Positions 43,861-52,696 of a stretch of 64,000 nt of DNA are shown here, in pieces. A model generated the notes under the pieces. That model was not told the origin of the DNA. It was given only the letters and a program-made list of their open reading frames with translations, and made no database searches. The stretch is from assembly GCA_034422595.1 (NCBI GenBank), contig DAOUJO010000013.1, positions 89,723 through 153,722 on the forward strand, in the 5' to 3' direction. Source of the stretch: Dehalococcoidia bacterium. Lineage in GTDB: Bacteria; Chloroflexota; Dehalococcoidia; Lucifugimonadales; Australimonadaceae. Position numbers and translations under genes: made by a program. The stretch's first letter is position 1, and each line of letters begins with the position of its first letter.

Positions 43861-45480
43861 CTACCGCTGCGCGCCCTGAACGCGGGACTCGCGGCCGGCC
43901 CACTCCCGCTCGCGGAGGACATACTTCTGGATCTTGCCCGTCGCGGTCTTGGGGAGGTCGCCGAACTCGACGTGGCGAGGCGCCTTGAAGTGCGCGATGC
44001 GGTCGCGGCAGAAGGCGATGACCTCCTCGGCGGTGAGCGTGACGCCCTCGCGCGGCGTGATGAATGCCTTGGGCGTCTCGCCCCAGCGGTCGTCCGGCAC
44101 CGCGATGACGGAGACCTCCAGCACGCCGGGGTGCTCCATGATGACCTTCTCCACCTCCTGGCTGGAGATGTTCTCACCGCCGGAGATGATGACGTCCTTC
44201 GCCCGGTCCTTCAGCTCGATCTGTCCGTCCGGGTGCCAGACGCCGAGGTCGCCGGAGTGGAACCAGCCGCCTGAGAACGCCTGCGCTGTGGCGTCCGGGT
44301 CGTCCAGGTAGCCGGACATCACGCCGTTCGAGCGCATCACGACCTCGCCCATCGTCTCGCCGTCGCGGGGCACGTCGTTCATCTGCTCGTCGACGACGCG
44401 GAGGCCGGTGCCCGCGTGGACATAGGGCACGCCCTGCTTCGCCTTGGCGAACGCGCGCTCCTCCGGGGTCATTTCGTCCCATTCGAGCTGGGGCACGCAG
44501 AGCGTGATGGGTCCGTAGGTCTCGGTGAGGCCGTACAGGTGGATGATGTTCGCGCCCATGCCCTCCATCGTGCGGACGACCTGCGGGGCGGGCGGCGCGC
44601 CGCCGGTCGCGATGGTCAGGCCGGAGAGGTCCTGCCCCTCGGCTGCGGGCGAGGAGTACATGCCTGTGAGCACTGTTGGCGCGCCGCACATGTTGGTGAC
44701 GCCGTGCTGCTCGATGAGCCGGTAGACCTCGGCAGGGTCGACGCGGCGCAGGCAGACGTGGGTGCCGCCGACGGCGGTGACGGCCCATGTGTGGCACCAG
44801 CCGTTGCAGTGGAACATGGGGAGCGTCCAGAGGTAGACGCTGCGCCAGTTCAGCCCGGTCTCGATGACCTCGCCGAGCGCGTTGAGGTACGCGCCCCGCG
44901 CGTGGTACTGCACCCCCTTGGGCATGCCGGTGGTGCCGGAGGTGTAGTTGACGGTGATGATCTCCATCTCGGATGCGATGGGGTCGCGGTGCTCGCCATC
45001 CGGCGCCGACGCGAGGAACTCCTCGTACTCCGGGCCGGGGATGTCGTCGGCGCGTGGGACCTCGTCGACGACCTGTACGTAGAGCGACACGCCGGGGACC
45101 TCGTCGCGCACCTGACGGACGGTGGGCGCGAACTCGGAGTCGAACACGAGCACCTTCGCCTTCGAGTGGTTGAGGATGTAGGCGATCTCGCGCGGGGAGA
45201 GGCGGGTGTTGATGGCGACGAGCGCCGCGCCGATGCTCATGGGGCCGTAGTGCGCCTCCAGCAGCGGCGGGAGGTTCGGGACGATGAAGGCGACGCGGTC
45301 GCCTCTGCCGATGCCTGCGCTCTTCAGCGCTCCGGCGAGCCGGTTCACCCGGTCGCGCAGTTCGCGGTAGGTGTAGACACGCTCCTTGTAGATGACGGCG
45401 GGTTTGTCCGGGTAGACGAACGCGCTCCGCTCCAGGAACGAGAACGGCTCCAGGTTCTGATAGAAGACGGTGTTCTCCAT
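43861..45480 (-). CDS. Acyl-CoA synthetase (AMP-binding, AlkK/DmdB-like)
   Basis: NYTSGTTGMPKG, LPMFHCNGW, YGLTET, WFHSGD, DVIISGGENISS, PKTATGKIQK. Confidence 0.92.
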   Translation of the reverse strand: MENTVFYQNLEPFSFLERSAFVYPDKPAVIYKERVYTYRELRDRVNRLAGALKSAGIGRGDRVAFIVPNLPPLLEAHYGPMSIGAALVAINTRLSPREIAYILNHSKAKVLVFDSEFAPTVRQVRDEVPGVSLYVQVVDEVPRADDIPGPEYEEFLASAPDGEHRDPIASEMEIITVNYTSGTTGMPKGVQYHARGAYLNALGEVIETGLNWRSVYLWTLPMFHCNGWCHTWAVTAVGGTHVCLRRVDPAEVYRLIEQHGVTNMCGAPTVLTGMYSSPAAEGQDLSGLTIATGGAPPAPQVVRTMEGMGANIIHLYGLTETYGPITLCVPQLEWDEMTPEERAFAKAKQGVPYVHAGTGLRVVDEQMNDVPRDGETMGEVVMRSNGVMSGYLDDPDATAQAFSGGWFHSGDLGVWHPDGQIELKDRAKDVIISGGENISSQEVEKVIMEHPGVLEVSVIAVPDDRWGETPKAFITPREGVTLTAEEVIAFCRDRIAHFKAPRHVEFGDLPKTATGKIQKYVLREREWAGRESRVQGAQR

Positions 45481-45614
45481 GCGTAGCCTCCGCCGTCGCG
45501 AGATGCGGCGCTATTCTACGCATGGCAGGCGCGTCGTGGGGACGCATGGGGCGGGTGGTATCATCGCCGTGTGGGGCAGGTGCTGCCCCGATCTCCCATC
45601 GAGGTGTCGTAGCC

Positions 45615-46076
45615 GTGTCAGTTGCCGAGGACCGTCTGCAGGAGTTGGGGTTGGAGTTGCCGCAGGTGTCGACGCCGGTGGCGAACTATGTTCCCGCCGT
45701 TCGCACAGGGAACCTGCTGTACGTGGCGGGTCAGGTGCCGCGCGGCGCGGACGGGGCGATGATCACCGGCAAGGTGGGCGCGGACATGGACGCCGACGAT
45801 GCGTACAACGCCGCGCGCATCTGCGGGCTCTCCGCGCTGGCGGTGGCGAAGCGGGAGCTCGGCGACCTCGACAACGTCGTGCGGGTTGTCAGGGTGATGG
45901 GCCTCGTGAACGCGACGCCGGACTACACCCAGCAGCCGCAGGTGATCAACGGCTTCTCAGACCTGATGGTCGCGGTCTTCGGTGAGGCCGGACGGCACGC
46001 GCGCGTGGCCTACGGCGCGGGCTCGCTGCCGGGCGGCGCCGCAGTGGAGGTCGAGTCGCTGTTCGAGGTGCGGTAG
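45615..46076 (+). CDS. RidA/YjgF-family protein
   Basis: ANYVPAVRTGNLLYVAGQ, VINGFSDL, HARVAYG, AVEVE. Confidence 0.9.
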   Translation: MSVAEDRLQELGLELPQVSTPVANYVPAVRTGNLLYVAGQVPRGADGAMITGKVGADMDADDAYNAARICGLSALAVAKRELGDLDNVVRVVRVMGLVNATPDYTQQPQVINGFSDLMVAVFGEAGRHARVAYGAGSLPGGAAVEVESLFEVR

Positions 46077-46095
46077 GCCACCGGCAGACCGGTGG

Positions 46096-46989
46096 TCAGA
46101 CGCTCTCTCCGGCGGCGAAGCGTGCAGCGCGGAGCGTGTTCGTGAGCAGCATGGCGATGGTCATGGGGCCCACCCCGCCGGGCACCGGCGTGATGGCGGA
46201 TGCCTTCTCGGCCACCGCGTCGTAGTCCACGTCCCCCACGAGCCGGTAGCCGGACTTCCGCGTCGCGTCGTCGACGCGGTTGATGCCCACGTCGATGACG
46301 ACCGCGCCGTCCGCAACCATGTCCGCTGTGAGCGCACGGGGCCTGCCTATCGCGGCGACGACGATGTCGGCCTGCAGGGTGAGAGCGGCGAGATCGCGCG
46401 TGCCGGTGTGGCAGACGGTGACGGTGGCGTTCGCGCCGGGAGCCTTCTGCATGAGCAGGGTGGCGAGCGGTTTCCCGACGATATTGCTGCGCCCCACGAT
46501 GACGACGTGCTTCCCCGCAGGGTCGTTGCCGGAGCGAACGAGCATCTGCTGCACACCCGCAGGAGTCGCCGGGAGGAAACGCGGGTTGCCCTCGAGGAGG
46601 CGACCGCCGTTGATGGGGTGCATCCCGTCGACATCCTTGTCCGGGTCTATGGAGAGGATGACCTCCCGCTCCGCGATGTGAGGAGGCAGCGGAAGCTGAA
46701 CGAGGATGCCGTGGAAGCGGGGGGCCGCGTTGAGCTGCTGCACGAGCGCGATCAGCTCTTCCTGCGGGGTCTCCTCCGGTAACTCGAACGTTTCACTGAA
46801 CATCTCCGCCTCGTCGCAGGCGCGGCGCTTGTTGCGCACGTAGACGGCGGAGGCGGGATCGCTGCCTACGAGCACGGCAGCGAGGCCGGGCGTGGTCCCT
46901 GAGCGCTCCTTGAGCGCGTGCGTCTCTTCGGCGACCTCGCCGCGTATCTCCTCGGCCATCAGCTTGCCATCGATAACGGTCGCGGTCAC
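46096..46989 (-). CDS. folD: Methylene-THF dehydrogenase/cyclohydrolase
   Basis: IDGK, YVRNK, GILVQLPLP, KDVDG, GRSNIVGKP, VIDVGINR, ITPVPGGVGPMT. Confidence 0.97.
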   Translation of the reverse strand: MTATVIDGKLMAEEIRGEVAEETHALKERSGTTPGLAAVLVGSDPASAVYVRNKRRACDEAEMFSETFELPEETPQEELIALVQQLNAAPRFHGILVQLPLPPHIAEREVILSIDPDKDVDGMHPINGGRLLEGNPRFLPATPAGVQQMLVRSGNDPAGKHVVIVGRSNIVGKPLATLLMQKAPGANATVTVCHTGTRDLAALTLQADIVVAAIGRPRALTADMVADGAVVIDVGINRVDDATRKSGYRLVGDVDYDAVAEKASAITPVPGGVGPMTIAMLLTNTLRAARFAAGESV

Positions 46990-47085
46990 GTACTTCGCCT
47001 CCTGCAGGGATACGTCGATGATAGCAGCCGGTGAATGCAGAGGCTGATATGATGCTGGGGACGCGGGCTGCATGGGAGAACTACG

Positions 47086-47457
47086 GTGCAGGACATCTCC
47101 GTCGGCGTGGACATGATCGAGATTGACCGTATCGCCTCGACTCTGGAGCGTTTCGGGACACGGTTCCTGGAGCGCGTTTATACGGAGAACGAGATCGCGT
47201 ACTGTCGCGGACGCGCGCCGCAACTGGCTGCGCGGTTCGCTGCGAAAGAGGCGGCGATGAAGGCGTTGGGTACCGGCACGCGCGGCGTCGGGTGGCGCGA
47301 GGTGGAGGTGACGCGGAAGCGCAGCGGCGAGCCGGAGATAGCGCTCCACGGCAGGGCGGACGCTCGCGCTCAGAAGCTGGGGATAGACCGCTTGGCGGTG
47401 AGCCTGTCGCATTCCCGCGCGTATGCCGTGGCGTCGGTAGTGGGGCGTCTGTCTTGA
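47086..47457 (+). CDS. acpS: Holo-ACP synthase
   Basis: VGVDMIEI, RFAAKEAAMKALGTG, VSLSH. Confidence 0.95.
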   Translation: MQDISVGVDMIEIDRIASTLERFGTRFLERVYTENEIAYCRGRAPQLAARFAAKEAAMKALGTGTRGVGWREVEVTRKRSGEPEIALHGRADARAQKLGIDRLAVSLSHSRAYAVASVVGRLS

Positions 47458-49007
47458 AGGTCGTCACCTCGGAGGAGATGCGGCTGCTGGAGTCGCGAGC
47501 GGCGGAGGCGGGGGTTCCGGCGGAGTCACTGATGGAGAGTGCGGGACTCGCGGTTGCGCGCAGCATCGCACACCGTCTGGACGGTGTGCGGAGCAAGCGT
47601 ATCGTCGTGTTGGTGGGGCCTGGGAACAACGGCGGCGATGGAATGGTCGCGGCGCGTTACCTGGCGGACTGGGGAGCGGTGGTGACGCTCTACATGACGA
47701 CGGCGCGGCGGCGGGAGGACAAGTTCGAGGAGTGCCGCGAGCGCCGCTGCCGTGTGGTCGAGGCGTCGGAAGACCTCGAATGCTGGCAGTTGGGAAGCTA
47801 CGTCTCGCTCGCCGACCTCGTACTCGACGCGGTGCTCGGCATCGGCGCGCACCCCGGCCTCGACCCGGTCCTGCGGGCGATCTTCGAATCGGTGGCTGAG
47901 ATGAAAGCGCACTCCCAGCGGCCGGTGTTCGCTGCGCTCGATCTCCCCACCGGCATCGATGCGGACACTGGCGAGTGCGACGACGCCTGCTTCCCCGCAG
48001 ACGTGACGCTTGCGCTGGGTGCCCCGAAAGTAGGCCTGCTGCAGTTCCCGGGAGCCGCACGTGTGGGAGCGCTCGAAACGCTCTCCATCGGCTTGCCGGA
48101 AAGCGTCGACTACGGGCTGCCGCTCGACCTTGTGGACGCCTCGCTCACGGGTGGCCTGTTGCCGCCCCGCCCCTCGGACGGCCATAAGGGGAGTTTCGGG
48201 AACGTACTCGTTGTGGGGGGGCACCGGCGGTATGTTGGCGCGCCGGTGCTCGCGGCGTCGGCGGCGTACCGCGTGGGAGCAGGGCTCGTCAACCTCGCCG
48301 CCCCCGGGGGTGTGAGCCGCATCGCGGCAGTACAACTCATCGAACAGGTACACACGCCGCTTGCGGAGACGCCGGATGGTGGAGCGTCTGCCGAGGCAGC
48401 AGGGGCTGCCCGGGAGGTGCTGAATGCTGCTTCCGCAGCCGTGGTCGGGCCAGGCATGGGAGCGGACGACTCGTCGGCTGCGTTCCTGCGCGCGCTGCTG
48501 CTCACCGAGCCTGCGGTGCCAACGCCGGTCGTGCTGGATGCCGACGCGCTGAACATCCTCGCGAACATCTACGGCTGGCCGTCGATGCTCGCCGTACCCA
48601 CTGTGCTGACGCCGCATCCGGGCGAGATGGGGCGGCTGCTCGGACGGCCTGCGCACGAGGTGCAGGTGGACCGCAAGGGCGCGGCGATGGCGTCGGCGGA
48701 GCAGTGGGGTCAGGTGGTGGTGCTCAAGGGCGCGCATACGGTCGTTGCGGCGCCGGACGGTCGCGTTGCGCTCAGTCCGTTCGCGAACCCCGTGCTCTCC
48801 ACAGCAGGCTCGGGCGACGTGCTCGCCGGCATCATCGGCGGGCTGTTGGCGCAAGGGATGGAGCGCTACGAGGCCGCAGTGGCAGGGGTGTACCTGCACG
48901 GAGCGGCGGCTGAGCGCTGGAGCGCGGCGAATGGAAGCGGGGGGATGCTTGCGAGCGACCTGCTTGCGCTGCTCCCGCGCGTTACGGAGGACACGCGCGT
49001 TCGCTGA
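47454..49007 (+). CDS. nnr: Bifunctional NAD(P)HX epimerase/dehydratase
   Basis: LMESAG, GPGNNGGDG, DLPTG, HKGSFG, GPGMG, DADALN, LTPHPGEM, TAGSGDVLAG. Confidence 0.93.
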   Translation: MKVVTSEEMRLLESRAAEAGVPAESLMESAGLAVARSIAHRLDGVRSKRIVVLVGPGNNGGDGMVAARYLADWGAVVTLYMTTARRREDKFEECRERRCRVVEASEDLECWQLGSYVSLADLVLDAVLGIGAHPGLDPVLRAIFESVAEMKAHSQRPVFAALDLPTGIDADTGECDDACFPADVTLALGAPKVGLLQFPGAARVGALETLSIGLPESVDYGLPLDLVDASLTGGLLPPRPSDGHKGSFGNVLVVGGHRRYVGAPVLAASAAYRVGAGLVNLAAPGGVSRIAAVQLIEQVHTPLAETPDGGASAEAAGAAREVLNAASAAVVGPGMGADDSSAAFLRALLLTEPAVPTPVVLDADALNILANIYGWPSMLAVPTVLTPHPGEMGRLLGRPAHEVQVDRKGAAMASAEQWGQVVVLKGAHTVVAAPDGRVALSPFANPVLSTAGSGDVLAGIIGGLLAQGMERYEAAVAGVYLHGAAAERWSAANGSGGMLASDLLALLPRVTEDTRVR

Positions 49008-49015
49008 GAGTAGGT

Positions 49016-49318
49016 CTATCCCCTCGTCAGCGAGAGGACGATCTGTGCAGCACGGGTGAAGTCCTCGCGGCGAACCCGGATCGAGGCGTGACTCTGGGGC
49101 ATCGAGCGGGTGATGTCGAATGAAGATGCGGTCCTGAGTTGCGCCTGGATCCCTTGCCGGACCAGTTCATGGTGGATGGCCACGGCCTTCTCTTTCTGGG
49201 CCGCTCCCCACACGACGTGCACCTCTCGCCACATGCGGGCCTCTCGGTACGCCCGGTAGTAGAGGAAGCCGCCTGCGATCAGAGCCCCGATGGCGGCGAT
49301 GACGAACAAAGTTATCAC
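49016..49318 (-). CDS. Small membrane-anchored hypothetical protein (possibly DUF2007-like)
   Basis: N-terminal TM helix, then ...LVRQGIQA...IRVRRED..RA pattern. Confidence 0.5.
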   Translation of the reverse strand: MITLFVIAAIGALIAGGFLYYRAYREARMWREVHVVWGAAQKEKAVAIHHELVRQGIQAQLRTASSFDITRSMPQSHASIRVRREDFTRAAQIVLSLTRG

Positions 49319-49323
49319 TCCTC

Positions 49324-50538
49324 TTAGTTCTCTATGGGACGCCGGGCGTCCAGCAGTGCGGTGACACGATCGAGGATTGCCATCGCTACGTCATATTTTG
49401 CCATGAGGGGCAGCTCGGTGTCTCCGCTCTCGTCCACGAGCCAGACCTTGTTCTTGTCCGAGCCGAACCCTGCGTCAGGTAGAGTGATGTCGTTCGCCGC
49501 AACGAGGTCGGCTCCCTTGGTGCGTAGCTTGGCCTGGGCGTTCTTCAACAGATCGCTGCTCTCGGCAGCGAAGGCGACCTTCACGATGCCGTCCGGCACG
49601 GCAGCGATGATGTCCTCGGTGCGTTCCAGCGCAAGCGTCAGGTCGGCCATCGCTTCCTTCTTCATCTTTTCGCTGCTGGTCTCAGCGGGGCGGTAGTCGG
49701 CGACGGCCGCGGCCATCACGAGGGCGTCAGCGGAGCAGGCGGCCTCCTGGACAGCGGTGCGCATCTGTTCCGCGGTGTCGGCCCGTTCGACACGTACGCC
49801 GACGGGAAGGTCGAGCGCAGCGGGCGCAGTTACCAGCGTTACGTCTGCGCCGCGGTCCCGCGCGGCCTCCGCGATGGCGTAGCCCATCTTGCCGGAGGAG
49901 CGGTTGGTGAGCACGCGCACGGGGTCGAGCGGCTCCTGGGTGCCTCCCGCACTGACGACGATGCTCCGCCCGCGCAGGTCTCCGTTCGCGCCGAGCGTCT
50001 GCGCGATGCGTCCGAGCAGTTCGGGCGTCTCGGCGAGCCGTCCCCAGCCCACGAGGCCGGAGGCGAGCCGTCCCTCGCCAGGCCCCACGATGACCGCGCC
50101 ACGCTCTTGGAGCGTGTTCACGTTCTGCCGGACGGCGGGGTGCTCCCACATGTTCGCGTCCATCGCGGGGGCGATGAGCAGCGGTGCGCCGGTCGCCAGC
50201 GCCGTCACGCTGATGGGGTCGTCCGCCAGGCCGAGCGCGAGCTTCGCGAGCATGTGGGCCGTCGCGGGGGCGACGACGAGGATGTGCCCGGCCTGTGCCA
50301 GCGCAACGTGCTCTATCGCCTCCGGCGAATCGGGGTCGAACAGGTCGGTCAGCACCGGGCGATGGGTGATGCTGCGGAAGGTGAGCGGCGTGACGAACCG
50401 GGTTGCGGAGTACGTCATGAGCACGTCGACCTTCGCACCGCCTTGGGTGAGTTTGCTGGCGAGGTCGGCGGCCTTGTATGCGGCGATGCTGCCGCTCACG
50501 CCCAGGAGTACGCGCTTCTCATGGAACGGGCCGCTCAT
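49324..50538 (-). CDS. coaBC: Phosphopantothenoylcysteine decarboxylase / phosphopantothenate-cysteine ligase
   Basis: GVSGSIAAYK, APATA, PAMD, TQEPLDPVR.LTNRSSGKMG, AAVADY. Confidence 0.96.
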   Translation of the reverse strand: MSGPFHEKRVLLGVSGSIAAYKAADLASKLTQGGAKVDVLMTYSATRFVTPLTFRSITHRPVLTDLFDPDSPEAIEHVALAQAGHILVVAPATAHMLAKLALGLADDPISVTALATGAPLLIAPAMDANMWEHPAVRQNVNTLQERGAVIVGPGEGRLASGLVGWGRLAETPELLGRIAQTLGANGDLRGRSIVVSAGGTQEPLDPVRVLTNRSSGKMGYAIAEAARDRGADVTLVTAPAALDLPVGVRVERADTAEQMRTAVQEAACSADALVMAAAVADYRPAETSSEKMKKEAMADLTLALERTEDIIAAVPDGIVKVAFAAESSDLLKNAQAKLRTKGADLVAANDITLPDAGFGSDKNKVWLVDESGDTELPLMAKYDVAMAILDRVTALLDARRPIEN

Positions 50539-51329
50539 CGCGTGCCTCCGGTCTGGGCGGGCTCACGGTTCAGGTTGAAGATGTGGCGCAGGCCGCGCAG
50601 GGTCAGTTCCGGGTCGACCACGTCGAACACCGGGGTCTGCTCTGCGATGACCGGGACGAGACCGCCGGTGCCAACGACTGTCGCATCCGGCGCGTCCATC
50701 TCGTCGCGGAAGCGGCGCACCATCGCCTCGACGAGCCCGGTGAAGCCGAAGATGAGGCCAGAGTTGATAGAGGCGGTGGTGTTCTTGCCGATGGCATGCT
50801 CCGGCGCGGTGAGATCGACGCGGCGCAGCATGGACGTGTTAGCGGCGAGCGCGTCGCCCGCCAGCCCGACGCCGACGGAGATCGCCCCGCCGAGGTAGTC
50901 TCCGTCTGCCGTCACGGCGTCGAAGACCGTTGCAGTGCCGAGGTCGACGACGATGGCGGGCCCGCCGTAGTAGTGGAGAGCGGCTGCGGCGTCCACGATG
51001 CGGTCCGCGCCTACGTCATGCGGGCTCTGGTACAGGATGCGGATGCCGGTGCGCGTTCCCGCGCCGACGACCACAGGGTCGCAGGCGAAGAGGGTGCGCG
51101 CGACATCCTCGAACACGCCGGTGAGCGGAGGGACGACGCTGCAGAGTGCGGCGTCGGTGACGTCAGCCAGCGCGATGCCCTTCAGCGGGAGGAGTTCGCG
51201 TAGTTGAAGGGCATACTCGTCGGTGAGTCGGCGGGAGTCGGTGGAGAGCCGCCAGCTTGCCGTGAGGTCGTCACCGTCGAACGCGCCGATGGTGATGTTT
51301 GTGTTGCCTATGTCCAGCGTGAGGAGCAT
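50535..51329 (-). CDS. coaX: Type III pantothenate kinase
   Basis: LDIGNTN, VGADR, VDLGTAT, YLGGAI, GTGG. Confidence 0.95.
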   Translation of the reverse strand: MLLTLDIGNTNITIGAFDGDDLTASWRLSTDSRRLTDEYALQLRELLPLKGIALADVTDAALCSVVPPLTGVFEDVARTLFACDPVVVGAGTRTGIRILYQSPHDVGADRIVDAAAALHYYGGPAIVVDLGTATVFDAVTADGDYLGGAISVGVGLAGDALAANTSMLRRVDLTAPEHAIGKNTTASINSGLIFGFTGLVEAMVRRFRDEMDAPDATVVGTGGLVPVIAEQTPVFDVVDPELTLRGLRHIFNLNREPAQTGGTR

Positions 51330-51363
51330 GGGGAGATTATACGCCCCTCGGGAGTGGCTCCCC

Positions 51364-52584
51364 TCACTCCTCCCGGGCGCTGCGGCCGCCGAGCAGTGCG
51401 GCCACGGCCAGCAGGATCAGGACGAAAGTGGCCACCTCGAAGAGGAAGACGCTCCGAAGTCCCCAGGTGACGACCATGGCGCCTCCGGCCAGCGGCCCCA
51501 ACGCCACGCCGAATGCGTGCGCGAGTTGCGCCGATCCGAACGCCGCTCCATGCTGTCCGCTGGGGGAACGCAGCGCGATGAGCCCGTTCACGAGTCCTGA
51601 GAGGCCTCCGGAAAAGAGGGCGATAGCCGTGAAACCGACCGCGAGCGTGAGGTAGTCGATCGCGAAGTAGGGGACGAGCGCCGCGAGTGCTGCGAGCACC
51701 GTTCCTGCCATGAGCACACGTTGTAGCCCGACCTTGGGAGCGAGCCAGCCCATCACCACTGCAGAGATGGCGGACCCGATTCCACCCAGTGCGAACACGA
51801 TGCCGGACGCAGTGCCGCTGTCCGAGCCGCCTTCGACGATACTGACGAGCCCGGGAACGGCAGGCTGGATCATGAGGTGTGCGGCCAGCACGAGGAACAC
51901 GACAGCGTAGAGCGGCAGCATCGCTCGGGACGTGCTCAGCCGCCAGAGGACCATGAATGGCCGGACCAGGCCGAGCGAAGACTCCGCCGGGTGGAAGTCC
52001 TCACGTACCAGGAAGATGACGATGAGTGCGGAGCTCCAGAGCCCTGCTCCGGTGGCGATGAAGGCCGCCCGCATCCCCCACGCGTCATAGATGATGCCGC
52101 CCAGCAGGGGGCCGAGCGCGACACCTACGAAAAGGCCGGACTGGACGATGCCGGCGGCGAAGGGGAGCCGCTCCCTCGGCGTATGTGCAGCCACGAGAGC
52201 CATGATGGTGGGCACGACCCCGCTGGTCGCGCCGATGACGAACCGGGAAGCCATGAGCTGGAACGGCGTCTGTGAGAACCCGGAGATGGTGAGAAAGAGA
52301 CCGCCGAGGATTAATGAGCGCAGAACGTTCAGCTTGCGCCCGAAGCGGTCGCCCAGCACACCCCAGATGGGGCTGGAAAGCCCCATCCCGAGGCCGAATA
52401 CCCATCCGGCCAGCCCGGCCCAGAACGCGGCGCGCTCCGTGGTGAACCCGCCCAGCTCTTCGAAGAACAGCGGGTAGAAGGGGAAGGTGAAGGAGAAGCC
52501 GAGGGTCGTTCCCACCTGTGCGAACCACAGTGCGATGAGGTTCTTCTTCCAGGAGACGGGGCGTGAGAGCGTTGTGGACGACAC
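51364..52584 (-). CDS. MFS transporter (DHA1/MdtG-like)
   Basis: SPIWGVLGDRFGRK motif A, about 12 TM; GTG start 52584 chosen. Confidence 0.88.
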   Translation of the reverse strand: MSSTTLSRPVSWKKNLIALWFAQVGTTLGFSFTFPFYPLFFEELGGFTTERAAFWAGLAGWVFGLGMGLSSPIWGVLGDRFGRKLNVLRSLILGGLFLTISGFSQTPFQLMASRFVIGATSGVVPTIMALVAAHTPRERLPFAAGIVQSGLFVGVALGPLLGGIIYDAWGMRAAFIATGAGLWSSALIVIFLVREDFHPAESSLGLVRPFMVLWRLSTSRAMLPLYAVVFLVLAAHLMIQPAVPGLVSIVEGGSDSGTASGIVFALGGIGSAISAVVMGWLAPKVGLQRVLMAGTVLAALAALVPYFAIDYLTLAVGFTAIALFSGGLSGLVNGLIALRSPSGQHGAAFGSAQLAHAFGVALGPLAGGAMVVTWGLRSVFLFEVATFVLILLAVAALLGGRSAREE

Positions 52585-52696
52585 GGGAGTGAGGATAGCA
52601 CCGCTGCGTGAGGGGAGCGCGAGGCGTCTCCCGCGCGGGCTGAACGTCGCGTCTGCTAACATGAAACACGATACCCCACTTCTGGAGCCCCCGCGC

